A stretch of DNA of 64,000 nt from Octopus vulgaris (GCA_951406725.2 OX597837.1:21886001-21950000); one strand, 5' to 3'. Counted from the first letter of the stretch, positions 24,660-37,053 are shown. Notes: generated by a model not told the origin, from the sequence alone. Numbers and translations: made by a program.

Positions 24660-25527
24660 ATCATAATTTAACATCTGTTTTCCATGCTGGTATGAGTTGG
24701 ACTGTGGAGGCATAATGGCCCAGTGGTTAGGGTAGTGGACTCGCAGTTGGAGGATCACTGTTTCGATTCCCAGACTGGGCGTTGTGTGTGTGTTTATTGA
24801 GCGAAAACACCTAAAGCTCCATGAGGCTCTGGCAGGGGGTGGTTGCGACCCCTGTCGTACTCTTTTGCCCCAACTTTCTCTCACACTTTCTTCCTGTAAT
24901 GCTGTGATGTACTGGCATCCCTTCCAGCTGGGGGTGGGGGAGAAACACATATGCCATAGAAACTGGGAAACCGGGCCCATAAGCCTGGCTAGGCTTGAAA
25001 AGGGCACATAAATAAATAAAAAAGTAAATGAGTTGGACTAACTGAAGGGCTGTTTAGGCTCCATGACTGTTTTGGCATGGTTTTCAATGGCTGGATGCCC
25101 TTCCTAATACCAACCACTTCATTCTTTTCTGTATGGTACCAGCACTTACAAGCCCTCATGCTCAGCTGGAGAGGGTTGCAAGGGACAAGCCTGTATGTGA
25201 GAGCAACCACACTTTTACTTAGCTTGACATGCCTTTTCAAGCACAGCACACCACCAGGAGTCTTGGTCCCCTGTCATCTCCTCAGTGAGTCCCAACATTT
25301 GTAGATCCTTTCTCACTACTTTGTCTCATGTCTTCCTAGGTTTACCCCTTCCACATGTCCCCTCAACAATTAGAAATTAGCACATCTTGGTGCAACTGTC
25401 CTTATTCATATGCATTACATGGTCATACCAGTGCAGTCTTCTCTCTTGCACACTACAGCTGATGTTATGTATATCCAATTTTTCTCTCAAATCTCTTACA
25501 CCCTGTCGTATATACACACTGACACTA
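24660..25527 (-). mobile_element. RTE LINE 3' fragment (ORF C-terminus, 3'UTR, (GAT) tail), interrupted by a SINE
   Basis: Minus translation LREKLDIHNISCSVQERRLHWYDHVMHM...VEGTCGRGKPRKT*DKVVRKDLQMLGLTEEMT, continuing into the GAT-tail 3'UTR. Confidence 0.8.
24704..25027 (+). mobile_element. SINE family D variant with 12-bp TSD, inserted in an RTE 3'UTR
   Basis: ATGAGTTGGACT at 24692-24703 and 25028-25039. Confidence 0.9.
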
Positions 25528-25529
25528 TC

Positions 25530-26330
25530 CATCCAGTGAAGAATCATATGTACTAAAAACAGTTAGTTTACAAAGTGTATTAGATAAGAATGTAAATATT
25601 TGTGGAGCTAAGATACAACCGAAAAGAATTAACAATAAATCAGTTGGTAAAACATTGCAAAATTGGTGTCCTCCAATTTCAGGTTCCAAATCTGCAACAT
25701 GACACTTAACATTCCAAAAAAATTGGTAAGAAGAAACTATCCACACATGTTTACAGATATACTTCAAAGGTCGGTTGTTAAATAAATGCAAATCACAAGC
25801 TAAATCTATCAAAACTGCCAGTTAGACTCCACTCAAACTGTCACTTCTTACAGATAGACTTACTTTCAATCAGTTGGGTTTCACAAATCGTATTTCAGTT
25901 ATTCTTTTTTTCTTTCTGATTTTTTTTTTCTCTGCTTATTTATTTATGTTTATTCTATCAAACTGCATAGCACAGATGGTAGAGAGTAGGGCTAGATACT
26001 CTATAATATTGAATGTGGTATCTAATGTTTCCAAATTCTAGATATTAATACTAAGGTCAATCAAATATATACCGCTTATTTTAGTTCGCATCTCATGATG
26101 AATGGGTATATATAGCCTTACAAATTTATTAGCTGTTGTGCTTGCTCCATCAAGTTTCTTTGTGCTTACTCCACAACTTATTTTCAAAGCAGATGATATC
26201 CCTGAGTCATTTCTCTTGAGCTTTATGCTGTATTGCCCTTGCAGCCTATACACAGTCACTCTACAAAATATATCAAATATTTTATACACAGCAAGGAATT
26301 TATTGATGATGGAAAACACCACATCTATGT
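25530..26330 (-). pseudogene. Possible highly decayed DNA-transposase relic (MULE-like)
   Basis: Fragments in different frames (RNLMEQAQQLINL..YPF, LDTTFNI, YQFFWNVK, VFSTYD) loosely recall invertebrate MULE-type transposases. Weak evidence. Confidence 0.25.
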
Positions 26331-26744
26331 ATACAATATTTCTATGGAATTAAAAGCAGAGAATAGCAGGACACATTAGGGTTTAATCCTTCCATAGGGA
26401 TTTCATCAATGATCTAGCCACCAAGAAAGGATCACATATGCAAACTGGTCCATTCTCTTTACTTAAGTGTCAAATAATGATTTCAAATTTTGGCACAAGG
26501 CCAGCAGTCTTGGAGGGAGGGATGGAATAAGTCAATTTCATTGACCCCAGTGTTCTACTGGTACTTATTTTATTGACCTTAAAGGGATGAAAGACACAGT
26601 TGACCTTGGTAGAATTTGAACTCAGAACATGAAGATGGATGAAATGCCACTAGGCATTTTGCCCAGTGTGCTAACAATTCTGTTAACTTGCCACCTTACC
26701 TAAGTACCTAATAATAATAGTGGGTTTATAAACAATATGTTTTT

Positions 26745-27001
26745 CCGTGCCAGTGGCACATAAAAAGCACCAACCGATCGTGGCCGTTGCCAGCCTTCCC
26801 TGGCACCTGTGCCGGTGGCACGTAAAAAGCACCCACTACACTCATGAAGTGGTTGGCGTTAGGAAGGACATCCAGCTGTAGAAACACTGCCAGATCAGAC
26901 TGGAGCCTGGTGCAGCCTCCTGGCTTCCCAGACCCTGGTTGAACCGTCCAACCCATGCAAGCATGGAAAATGGACGTTAAACAATGATGATGATGATGAT
27001 G
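26745..27001 (+). mobile_element. RTE-3'UTR-type retroposon with (GAT)n tail
   Basis: Canonical motifs and a GATGATGATGATG tail. Confidence 0.8.
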
Positions 27002-28276
27002 TTTGTTGACAATAAAAGAAGGGGAGGGTCTACAGTTGATGATGAAATTCCAATCCAAGGACAGAACATGGCATGTACTGCTCTTCCCAGCTTTTGAATG
27101 TGTGTGTGTATGTATATATTTGTTTGGTGTATTTTGGGGGAAAAAACCACATAACACTCCTATGCTGTTGTGCACATGGTGTTTCTAGGTATGGGTAAAT
27201 ATGCAGGACTCCTCTTTGCATAGGATAACTATGATGATAATAATAATATACACACACACACACACACACATATGTACTGTGATGTTGTTTAGTCCTAAGT
27301 CAGCAATAGCTGAGTAGACGTAAAATGAAGGACAGTCCAACCATGATCGTTCCAACTTTTTGGGGGGAGATAGCATTTTTTAAGACCACATTATAGAATC
27401 TGTTCTCCAAGATTTTTGGGTGTAATTTAAGGAAGATCTGGCTGCCACGTTTATCAAATCTCTTTTAAATTACATGATACCATAATGAAGAACATGATTC
27501 TAACAGCTTGGGAAAACAATGACGGTTCCATTATTGGCTCATAAAGTTATTCAGCAGACTTAGACTGCTGGGTCTACAACTTAAATACATCATGGCATTT
27601 ATACACTAACTGAAACATATATAAAATATTGTTGTCTTGGGAGGGTCATTATGTTAATAATAATAAACATACACACTGGTTTGATTTCACTTCTTTATTA
27701 TTAGTCATTTGGATAAAAATCAGTTGTTTGTTTGTCAAAGTCCTTTTGTTGCTATTTGTAACCTCATCAATGACATACTCTTTTCAAGGTCTGACTCTTC
27801 AAGACTTGACCTTGACAAACAAACAACCAGTTGATTGCTTAACCACCATTTCAACAAACGAATGATTAGTTAGTTGGTTAGATATTTAACCAATTAACTA
27901 ACACTAAAGTGCAATTGAACCAGTGTGTGTGTGTGTTATTATTGTTGGTGCAATGACCGTCCCAAGACACAAGATTTATTTCAACACACAAATTTACATC
28001 AAGAATCTTGCAAAAATACATAAATTAATATACCGAATACAACTATATAAATCATGAAAAGGGGTTAGGAAAAAAAGAGGGGGAAAATGAACCTGTTGTT
28101 AAAAAGGTTGCCAGTTCAGAGGAGTAGTAGCTAGTACAGTATTAGAAGAAACAAAAGGAGGATGCAATTGGAATATTTTAAAAAGCAAACAAGGAATAAA
28201 AAAAGACAAAAATAACAACATCCCCAAATTACACCCTTCCTTGACTCAATACAAATTAAATCTTAATGTTAATTAC

Positions 28277-28379
28277 CTTTGATTTTTAATTGTTGCATGT
28301 AATTCTCCTATATTGTATACCTCAATTCACAACTCTTGATGAAGGTAACAGCTGTACTGTGTAATGTTGGAATCCAGGC
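28277..28379 (-). other. Candidate 103-nt exon
   Basis: Branch-like CTAAT about 30 nt upstream, acceptor ttgtttttattcttgcag| and donor CAAAG|gtaatt. Stops occur in all frames, and an internal ATG gives MQQLKIK up to the donor. Confidence 0.4.
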
Positions 28380-28426
28380 CTGCAAGAATAAAAACAATAA
28401 TAATCAAACATTAGTAATAATAAATA

Positions 28427-29510
28427 ATCCTTCCTGCTATAGGCACAAGGCCTGAAATTTGGGTGGATGGAGTAAGTCGATTACATTGACCCCAGTACTC
28501 AACTGGTACTTAATTTATCGACCACAAAAGGATGAAAGGCAAAGTTGACCTTGGCAGAATTTGAACTCAGAATGTAGCGGCAGACGAAATACCTATTTCT
28601 TTACTACCCACAAGGGGCTAAACACAGAGGGGACGAACAAGGACAGACAAATGGATTAAGTCGATTATATCGACCTCGGTAAGTAACTGGCACTTAATTT
28701 ATTGACTCCGAAAGGATGAAAGGCAAAGTTGATCTCGGCAGAATTTGAACTCAGAACGTAGCGGCAGATGAAATACCGCTAAGCATTTCACCCGGCATGC
28801 TAATTGTTCCGCCAGCTTGCTGCTTTAGTAATAACAGATAATGGTTTCAAATTTTGGCACCAAGGCCAGCAATTTTGAGGGGAGTGGGTAAGTCGATTAC
28901 ATCAACCCTAGTGCTCAACTGGTATTTACTTTATCTACCCCGAAAGGATGAAAATGCAAAGTTGACCTTGGCAGGATTTGAACTTGAAACGTAGAGTCAG
29001 ATGAAATGCTGTTAAGCATTTTGCCTGTGTACTAATGATTCTGCCAACTCACTGCCTTAGTAATAATAAATAATAGAAACAACAATACAATACAAATAAA
29101 ACAAGCATAACAGCCAGAGTTACAAGCACCAGTGTCAGAGCAGAAAATAGATTCCAGAAGAATGATATTCTTACTGAGTCCATGAGGGAGTGGACAGTAC
29201 AGTCATTGCCATTCTCTTTATTGTTATCATTATTATTATTACTAGGCGGTGAGCTGGTAGAATTGTTAGCATACCAGGTGAAATACTTAGTGGTATTTTG
29301 TCTATTACTATCTTCTGAGTTCAAATTCTACTAATGTTGACTTTGCCTTTCATCCTTCTAGGGATTGATTAAATAAGTACCAGTTACGCACTGGGGATAA
29401 TGTAATCGACTTAATCTGTTTGTCTGTCCTTGTTTGTCCCCTCTGTGTTTAATCGACATAATCCCTTCCCACAAATTTGAGGTCTTGTGCTTCCATGAGA
29501 AAGAATTATC
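28427..29510. mobile_element. Cluster of SINE family B copies: three minus (28427-29058) and one plus (29243-29510)
   Basis: Family B motifs are present in both orientations. Confidence 0.8.
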
Positions 29511-29882
29511 ATTATTATTATTAACTATCTTCTACATATAGAACATCTGATTTTTATTGAGAATATAAATATATGTTATTGTGTCTGGGGAGAGTCGTTC
29601 TATTTTAGTGCCTTTTTATTTAACACACTCACTGGTTCAATTTCCACTCATTTACTTATTTTTTCTAAAATTTTTGCTGCATCTCACAACCTTTTCTATA
29701 GTCATTGACTCTGTACGTTATCAGAGCTGCGTTCTTTTTGTTTGTTTGTGTGCATATATGTACATTAGTGTGCATGTGTATACACACATGTATGTATGTA
29801 TTCTGCATGCGTTTGTGTGTGTGTGTATGGTCGTGTGTTTCAGTCTTCATTTGTGTATTATGTGTGCGAGAGCTTGTCTGAC

Positions 29883-30045
29883 CTTATAAATAACAGCAAA
29901 AGAAAAAAATTTCTATGCCAAATATGCCAAGAAATAGACTTTAAATCGTCAATAACCACATATAATTCATTACTATTGATGATTTAAAGTCTATTTCTTG
30001 GCATATTTGGCATAGGAATTTTTTTCTTTTGCCCTTATTTATAAG
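29883..30045. repeat. Long inverted repeat (72-bp arms, 19-nt loop)
   Basis: 29883-29954 versus 29974-30045 is 68/72 complementary, and two of the four mismatches are G-T. Confidence 0.95.
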
Positions 30046-30311
30046 TTGTTTATAATTTTCACCTTAAAAGGTAGTTTTTAATATGCTGGCCACTGATAAA
30101 ATTTTTAGAAAATTTTATCCTATATTAGATGTATATATATATATATATACATACACATGCATACATGTTTATATACACACATAGACATATTTTTATATAC
30201 ATACAGATGCGTACATATTTATATATACACATACATAGACATATATATTTATATACATACACATTTATATATATATACATACATAGACATATATATATAT
30301 ATACATTTTTT

Positions 30312-30597
30312 TTTTACTTGTTTCAGTCATTTTGACTGCGGCCATGCTGGAGCACCGCTTTTAATCGAGCAACTCGACCCCGGGACTTATTCTTTGTAAG
30401 CCCAGTACTTATTCTATCGGTCTCTTTTGCCGACCGCTAAGTGACAGGGACATAAACACACCAGCATCGGTTGTCAAGCAATGCTAACACAGACACACAA
30501 ACATACACAAGACACTTGCCCAAGGTGCCACGCTGTGGGACTGAACCCCGAACCATGTGGTTGGTAAACAAGCTACTTACCACACAGCCACTCCTGC
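30312..30597 (-). mobile_element. SINE family A with internal deletion
   Basis: The 3' and 5' halves are joined without the central segment. Confidence 0.8.
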
Positions 30598-31004
30598 ACT
30601 AAATATATATATACATATTTATATATATACATATATAGACATATATATATATTATATATATTTATATACATACACGTGTATATATTTATATATATATATA
30701 CGTACATACAGACATATACATCTTTTATCTTTTACTTCTTTCAGACTGTGGCCTTGCTGGGGCACTGCGTTGAAGGATTTTTTTTCACTTAAATAAACTA
30801 ACTCCAGTATTTATTTTTCTTAAGCCTGGTACATACTCTGGTATGGTCTCTTTTGCCAAACTGCTAAGTTACAGGGACATAAACACACAAATATTGGTTG
30901 CCAAAGTGGTGATAGGGGACAAACACAAACACACACACACACACATATATGTGTGTGTGTGTGTATACACAACAGCTCTGTCAACCAAATCCACTTACAA
31001 AAGA

Positions 31005-31013
31005 GATAGATGG

Positions 31014-31048
<35 letters not shown>

Positions 31049-31075
31049 GAGGGATAGATAGATAGAGAGGGATAT

Positions 31076-31116
<41 letters not shown>

Positions 31117-31127
31117 GAGGGATATAG

Positions 31128-31170
<43 letters not shown>

Positions 31171-31191
31171 GAGGGATATATAGAGAGGGAC

Positions 31192-31224
<33 letters not shown>

Positions 31225-31337
31225 CATACATAGAGAGGGATATATAGATAGAGATAGATAGATAGATAGGGATAGATAGATAGATAGAGAGGGAGGGAGG
31301 GAGGGATAGATAGATGGATAGATAGATAGATAGATAG
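31005..31337. repeat. (GATA)n compound microsatellite
   Basis: Direct reading; periodic GAGAGG interruptions. Confidence 0.95.
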
Positions 31338-31609
31338 AGACAGACTGAGAAAGAGCTGTTGATATTGAGAAATCATGTTATGTGAGCTGTTGTTCTTACT
31401 GTATTTTCGTGTGTGTATGCAGTTGTTTTTAATGTGCACTTGTACATATGTGCAGTTGCTTAGTACTGTGTGCACCGTTGCTTGGTACTGCATGACCATG
31501 TGACTGTGCATCTGCATGCATGTGTATGCACATGTACTCAATTGGTATTGTTTATCTGTGTGAGCAGTGTATTTCTGTATGTATGTGCAGAAATGCACAT
31601 GTGTAAGTG

Positions 31610-31610
31610 G

Positions 31611-31662
<52 letters not shown>

Positions 31663-31839
31663 CATATGTGTGTGTGTGTGTGTGTGTATGCATATGTGTG
31701 TGTGTGTGTGTATGCATATGTGTGTGTGTGTGTGTATGCATATGTGTGTGTGTGTGTGTATGCATATGTGTGTGTGTGTGTGTGTATGTATGTGTGTGTG
31801 TATGCATATGTGTGTGTGTGTGTGTGTGTGTGTGTATGC

Positions 31840-31874
<35 letters not shown>
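31610..31874. repeat. (TG)n compound repeat with periodic TATGCATA interruptions
   Basis: Direct reading of the sequence. Confidence 0.95.
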
Positions 31875-31876
<2 letters not shown>

Positions 31877-32365
31877 GACAGACATGCACAAACATTTCAC
31901 CAGCTTTGAAACCATTCATCTTTCTGAATGAAGTTCACAACTGTTTGAACATACTCATATATGCAAACATCCACCCCTTGGTGTAACTCATAGATGAGGT
32001 TAATATCCTGTCACCCCCCACCCCCAAATAGTCACAGACACATGTACAAACAAACATACATGCCCCAGTGATTCTGGTGCACAATCTGTGAAAATTGTAC
32101 TTAGGATTGTCTCCATGGCCAGTCATCAAGGTTTTGTGAGAATAACTGTGCGTGACTAATGTTTGTTAACGGGTGTGTTGTGTTTTGTCTGCTATTATGA
32201 TGTGTGATGACCTGATGTCGGTACATAGCTGTTCTGTAGGGAAAGCGTGCCGTTCGTAATGCACACACAGATACATGTTGAATGTATTTAACCCTTCAGC
32301 ATTCAGATTACCCTGTCTGATGTATCCTCCTCCACTTCATCATCATTATCATCATCATTGTTTAA

Positions 32366-32585
32366 CCCTTTTGTTACCAACCAGGCTGAAACCAGCTCTA
32401 GCTCTGTAGTACAAATATCTTGTTTTCATAAGTTCTGAATTCAAATCTTCCGCTAAACCTTAGTCACGATTTATGTTCCTAACACTAGCTTAATGATAAC
32501 TAAGTTATTTTACTAAATTCTGTTAGATTTAAAATTAATTGAAAGAAACACAGAGCATCTCAAAATAAATACAGTAACGAAAGGG
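32366..32585. mobile_element. piggyBac-type MITE, second family, 220 bp
   Basis: TTAA|CCCTTTTGTTAC ... GTAACGAAAGGG|TTAA, inserted at the TTAA of a GAT-tail retroposon. Confidence 0.9.
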
Positions 32586-33175
32586 TTAACGTCTGTTTTC
32601 CCTGCTGGCATGAGTTGGACAGTTTAACAAGAGCTGGCCAGCTGGAGAACTGTCTGGGCTCCAATTGTCTGTTTCTGGAATGGTTTCTACAGCTGGATAC
32701 CCTTCATAATGTCAACCTCTTTACAGAATGTGCTAGGTGCTTTTCACATGGCAACAGCATGATTGCACAACACGTGGCTCTGGCACAAGTGCATTTATGT
32801 GACACTGACACAAGCATATCTTATGTGGCACTGGTATAAGTACATTTTACATGGCACCAGCACGAGTGCATTTCATGAGGCACTGGCACAAGTGCATTTT
32901 TATGTGACGCTGGCACAAGTGCATATAATGCGGCACTGCCATGAGTGCATTTTATATGGCACCAGCACCTGCTAGACAAAGATCTTTCAGCTGGAAGAGG
33001 GAGTGAGGGCATGGCCATAAAGGACATGCCTGTATGGATGGATGGCCACAATTTTACTTCCCAAATACAGAAATCACCAGGTCTTGGTCCCTTGTCATCT
33101 CCTCAGTGAGGCCCAGTGTCTGAAGATCTTTTCTCCCCACTTTGTCCCACATCTTCCTGGGTCTACCCCTTCCAC
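32586..33175 (-). mobile_element. RTE LINE 3' fragment with internal ~25-bp minisatellite (32775-32970)
   Basis: 33080-33175 matches the ORF end seen at 25260-25355, and there are about 8 TGGCAC..AGTGCATTT units. Confidence 0.7.
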
Positions 33176-34811
33176 AAAACTTTTTCATTCACATTGTGTT
33201 GAATCAATTAAGCACCGTCTCATAGCTTCAAGGTTTTGATGATGTGAGTGTTTGTTTTTAGAATGGCATTGTAGGGTAGGTATGAGATGCCAAATCTGGC
33301 CAGTTTGACATAAATCAGGTAAAATACTTGAGCTGGATATGGTCAGTTTAGATGCTAAAGGATTAAAACCTTCCTACAAACACTTCTTGTCAATGGTCAC
33401 ACCCTTTATAATGGTTAAGCAGAAATGAAAAAGCAAGGTTTAAGAACATGATATAATGGTTTCAAATTTTAGCACCTGACTAGAAATTTTGAGAGGAGGG
33501 GCCAAATCAATTAAATCTATCTCAGTATTCAGCTAGTATTTTATTTTATTAACCTTGAAAGGATGAAATGCAAAGTTGACCTCAGCAGGATTTGAACACA
33601 GAACATAAGGAGCTGGAAGAAAGGTCATATTTTTCAGAGCTCTAACAGTTCTGCCACTTCACCCATTTTAAGAAAAAATACAGTATTGCAGACACACACA
33701 GGTGTTCATATACTAAGATACACATACATGTATATAAATGCAAGTATACACACATTTATACATATGTGCATACATAGACCTACACATACATATATGTTTG
33801 CTTACATATATACATATGCTCACACACACATGCTTACAGACAGACACACACACACACACACATATATATATATGTTTACACACACATATTCAAACAAGCA
33901 TATACATATATACACACATACATAAACAGACATTTATATGCTTATACACACACAAATATATATGCTTACACACACACACATTCAAGCAAGCATATACATA
34001 TATACACACATACATACACACATTTATATGCTTATACACATACAAATATATATGCTTATACACACATCGCCATCTATCTGCACTACGATGATTAGGTCAT
34101 GCAACTTTGGAATGACACTCCACCACCTCTCAAAATACATGTACTTATCTATCTGAGATATTGTGAAAATTAGGTCATGAAACTATGGAACGTATAACAC
34201 ACATAATATATACACACACACACATGCAGACATATATGCACACACACATCCACTTTTCTACCCAACAAATTGTGAAGATTAAACCTTAAAACTTTAGAAT
34301 AAAGTTTTTTTTACTCCTATACTTGTTCCAGTCATTAGACTGCAGCCATGCTGAGACCAAGTTGAACTAATTGACACCGGTACTGATTTTTTGTAAGCTT
34401 GGTACTTATTAGAGTTCTGGGTTGACCAAAGTCTTTTGAGTGCATTTGATAGATTGAAATTGAAAGAAGTCAGTTGTATGTTGTATGAGGAGTAACCATG
34501 TGTGTATGAGTGTGTGTGTGTGTGTGAATGTGTGAGTGAGACCTTGCCTTAGCATTGCGTGAGTGGTCATTTTGGCTACGTCATTTTGTGGTTAGCATGT
34601 ATAAGTTATTAAGCTATAAAGAGAGAATTACTGGCATAGTTCTGTCTGTCAACAGAAAATAAGACAATGTGTTTTCTGATAAATGACAAACTGGTTGTGA
34701 AACAGCTGTACAGACAATATTATTCATGTTGCCTAAAAAAGATGCAGTAAAGAATATGCTTCCAATAGCTGAGATAGACAGTATAACCACATGAAAAAAA
34801 AAAAAACTTAC

Positions 34812-35029
34812 TTGGTATGCAGGTTTGTTGAAAACACATGTCCAATGGTTTTAGAATTATATATAAAAGAATTTTCAGAACTTTGACAGCTATTCAGATG
34901 AATGCTACAAGACTTGAAGTTCCCTAGCTAATGCTAATTAGTACTGAGTTGAATGTAAGAATGCAGAGATGGATAAATGTGATACAAAGCTTCACCTCTC
35001 TACTAATTTGCCACAACAAGCTAGAATTT
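34812..35029 (-). other. Candidate 218-nt non-coding exon
   Basis: Long pyrimidine tract ttttctttatttcttctttgaag| and donor CCAA|gtaagt, in unique sequence. Confidence 0.35.
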
Positions 35030-35111
35030 CTTCAAAGAAGAAATAAAGAAAATATAAATGCAATTAAATGCAGATATCAGACACACACACACACACACAC
35101 AAACACATCTA

Positions 35112-35328
35112 TGAGGGGTTGTTGAAAAGTTCCTGGTTTTGGGTAAAAGAAGATACAAGAGGATCAGTTAATTATGATTTTGTTCAACATATTCCCCTCT
35201 CATATTCACATACTTAATGCAGTAGCCTTTCATTTTTTCCAAGTCTTGTTAAAGAATTCAAAATGTTGGGCCTCCAACCAAGCCTTTCACAATACCCTTA
35301 AAAGCCAGGAACTTCTCAGCTCCCCTCA
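35112..35328 (-). mobile_element. mariner-derived MITE
   Basis: TA|TGAGGGGTTGTTGAAAAGTTCCTGG ... CCAGGAACTTCTCAGCTCCCCTCA|TA. The minus strand keeps a transposase-like tail, KYVNMRGEYVE. Confidence 0.85.
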
Positions 35329-35375
35329 TATATAACATGCTTATATATATACACACACACACATTTTATACATAC

Positions 35376-35432
<57 letters not shown>

Positions 35433-36276
35433 CATGCCTGCATATATAAACTTTGCAGAGTAATTACCATTTATAACATGCATCCCACATGTGAAGCAAA
35501 AATATGCATATTATGTAAAAATTCTTGTGGAATTTTGTTTTGATAATTTGAATTTTTTTTTTTTGTCTTAATCTCAGTTACCTTCTGCCATGTCTTGTTA
35601 ACATACACAAGACAGATACACAAACACTCACACAAACAGACACACACACAAAAGACACATATAAACAAATCCTTGTATGTATATTTTAAGGTTATAAATA
35701 TCATTTCTCATGGTTAGTGAATAGGTAAGAAGACAGTTAAGTATGTTACAAACAAAAGCTGGGAAGAAAAATTAAGAGTCTACAAAAGAAAGTATCCTCA
35801 CCCAATCTGAAAACAAATACACTTTCAAATTCAAATTATTTTCTCTATTTTATTTCATTATTATTATTATTATTATTATTTTAAATCTAACATTTACTCC
35901 TCACAGACTCAGGTATGGGTTTCAGCTCCACAGTGTGGCATTCTAGACGAGTGTCTTCTGTTATAGCCCTGGGATGACCAAAACCTTGTTAGTGGATTCC
36001 ACAGACGGAAACTGAAAGAAGCCCATGGCACCCATGAAATCGTAGTTGTGGCCATTTACATGTGTCACGTAAATGGCACCCATACCAGTAGCATGTAAAA
36101 AGCACTCATTATACCCTCAGAGTGGTTGGCATTAGGAAGGGCATCCAGCCATAGAAAACCATGCCAAATCAGGTTGGAACCTGGTGCAGCTCTCTAACTT
36201 ATGCCAGCATGGAAGATGGATGTTAAATGATAACGATGATGATAATATACATATATATATATACATTTATTAAAGC

Positions 36277-36376
36277 CAAAAAATCTTTACAAACTGATAC
36301 TCAGAGTTTCATGTTACCTCACAACTGTCCAACAAATGGAAATGTGAAACTGAGTAACAGTTTGTGAAGATTTTTT
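36277..36376. mobile_element. Palindromic Penelope-like remnant with decayed hammerhead motif (36323-36362)
   Basis: Arms AAAAAATCTTTACAAACTGATACTCAGAGTTTCA and TGAAACTGAGTAACAGTTTGTGAAGATTTTTT. Motif layout AACTGT-CCAACAA-stem-GAAA-CTGAG-TA-ACAGTT. Confidence 0.5.
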
Positions 36377-36492
36377 TTCTGCTGTAATAAAAAGCATATT
36401 ACTCTACCTTTGGTATTTGAGTACTATTTTCCCACCTTGTTTTGCATTTATGTGCTTACTGGAGTGTGTGTGTGTGTCTCTCTCTCTCTCTG

Positions 36493-36536
<44 letters not shown>

Positions 36537-36540
<4 letters not shown>

Positions 36541-36688
36541 TGTAGCTGTGTGGCAAGTAGCTTGCTTATCAACCACATGGTTCTAGGTTCAGTCCCACTG
36601 TGTGGCACCTTGGGTGTCTTCTACTATAGCCTTGGGCCGACCAAAGCCTTGTGAGTGCATTTGGTAGACAGAAACTGAAAGAAGCCTG

Positions 36689-36727
<39 letters not shown>

Positions 36728-37020
36728 CATATGTTTATATATATGTGTGTATGTGTGTGTGTGTGTGTGTGCATGTGTGTATATGTTTGTGTTTCTGTGT
36801 TTGACCCCCAACATCGTTTGACAACCGATGTTGCTGTGTTTACGTCCCTGTAATCTAGCAGTTCGGCAAAAGACACTGATAGAATAAGTACTAGGCTTAC
36901 AAACTATAAGTGCTGGGGTCGATTTGCTTGACTTAAGGCGGTGCTCCAGCATGGCCACAGTTGAATGCCTGAAACAGGTGAAAGGATGAAAGAGTAAAAG
37001 AATACACATATGCTTGTGTG

Positions 37021-37053
<33 letters not shown>

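Noticed and set aside
24704-24780. tRNA gene
   Set aside because: The tRNA-like head continues into a SINE body, tail and TSD, with no complete acceptor stem or terminator.
30981-31931. 312-aa ORF and overlapping His/Thr, Cys/Val and YLSI-repeat ORFs
   Set aside because: These are stop-free translations of (TG)n and (GATA)n microsatellites with no coding signature.
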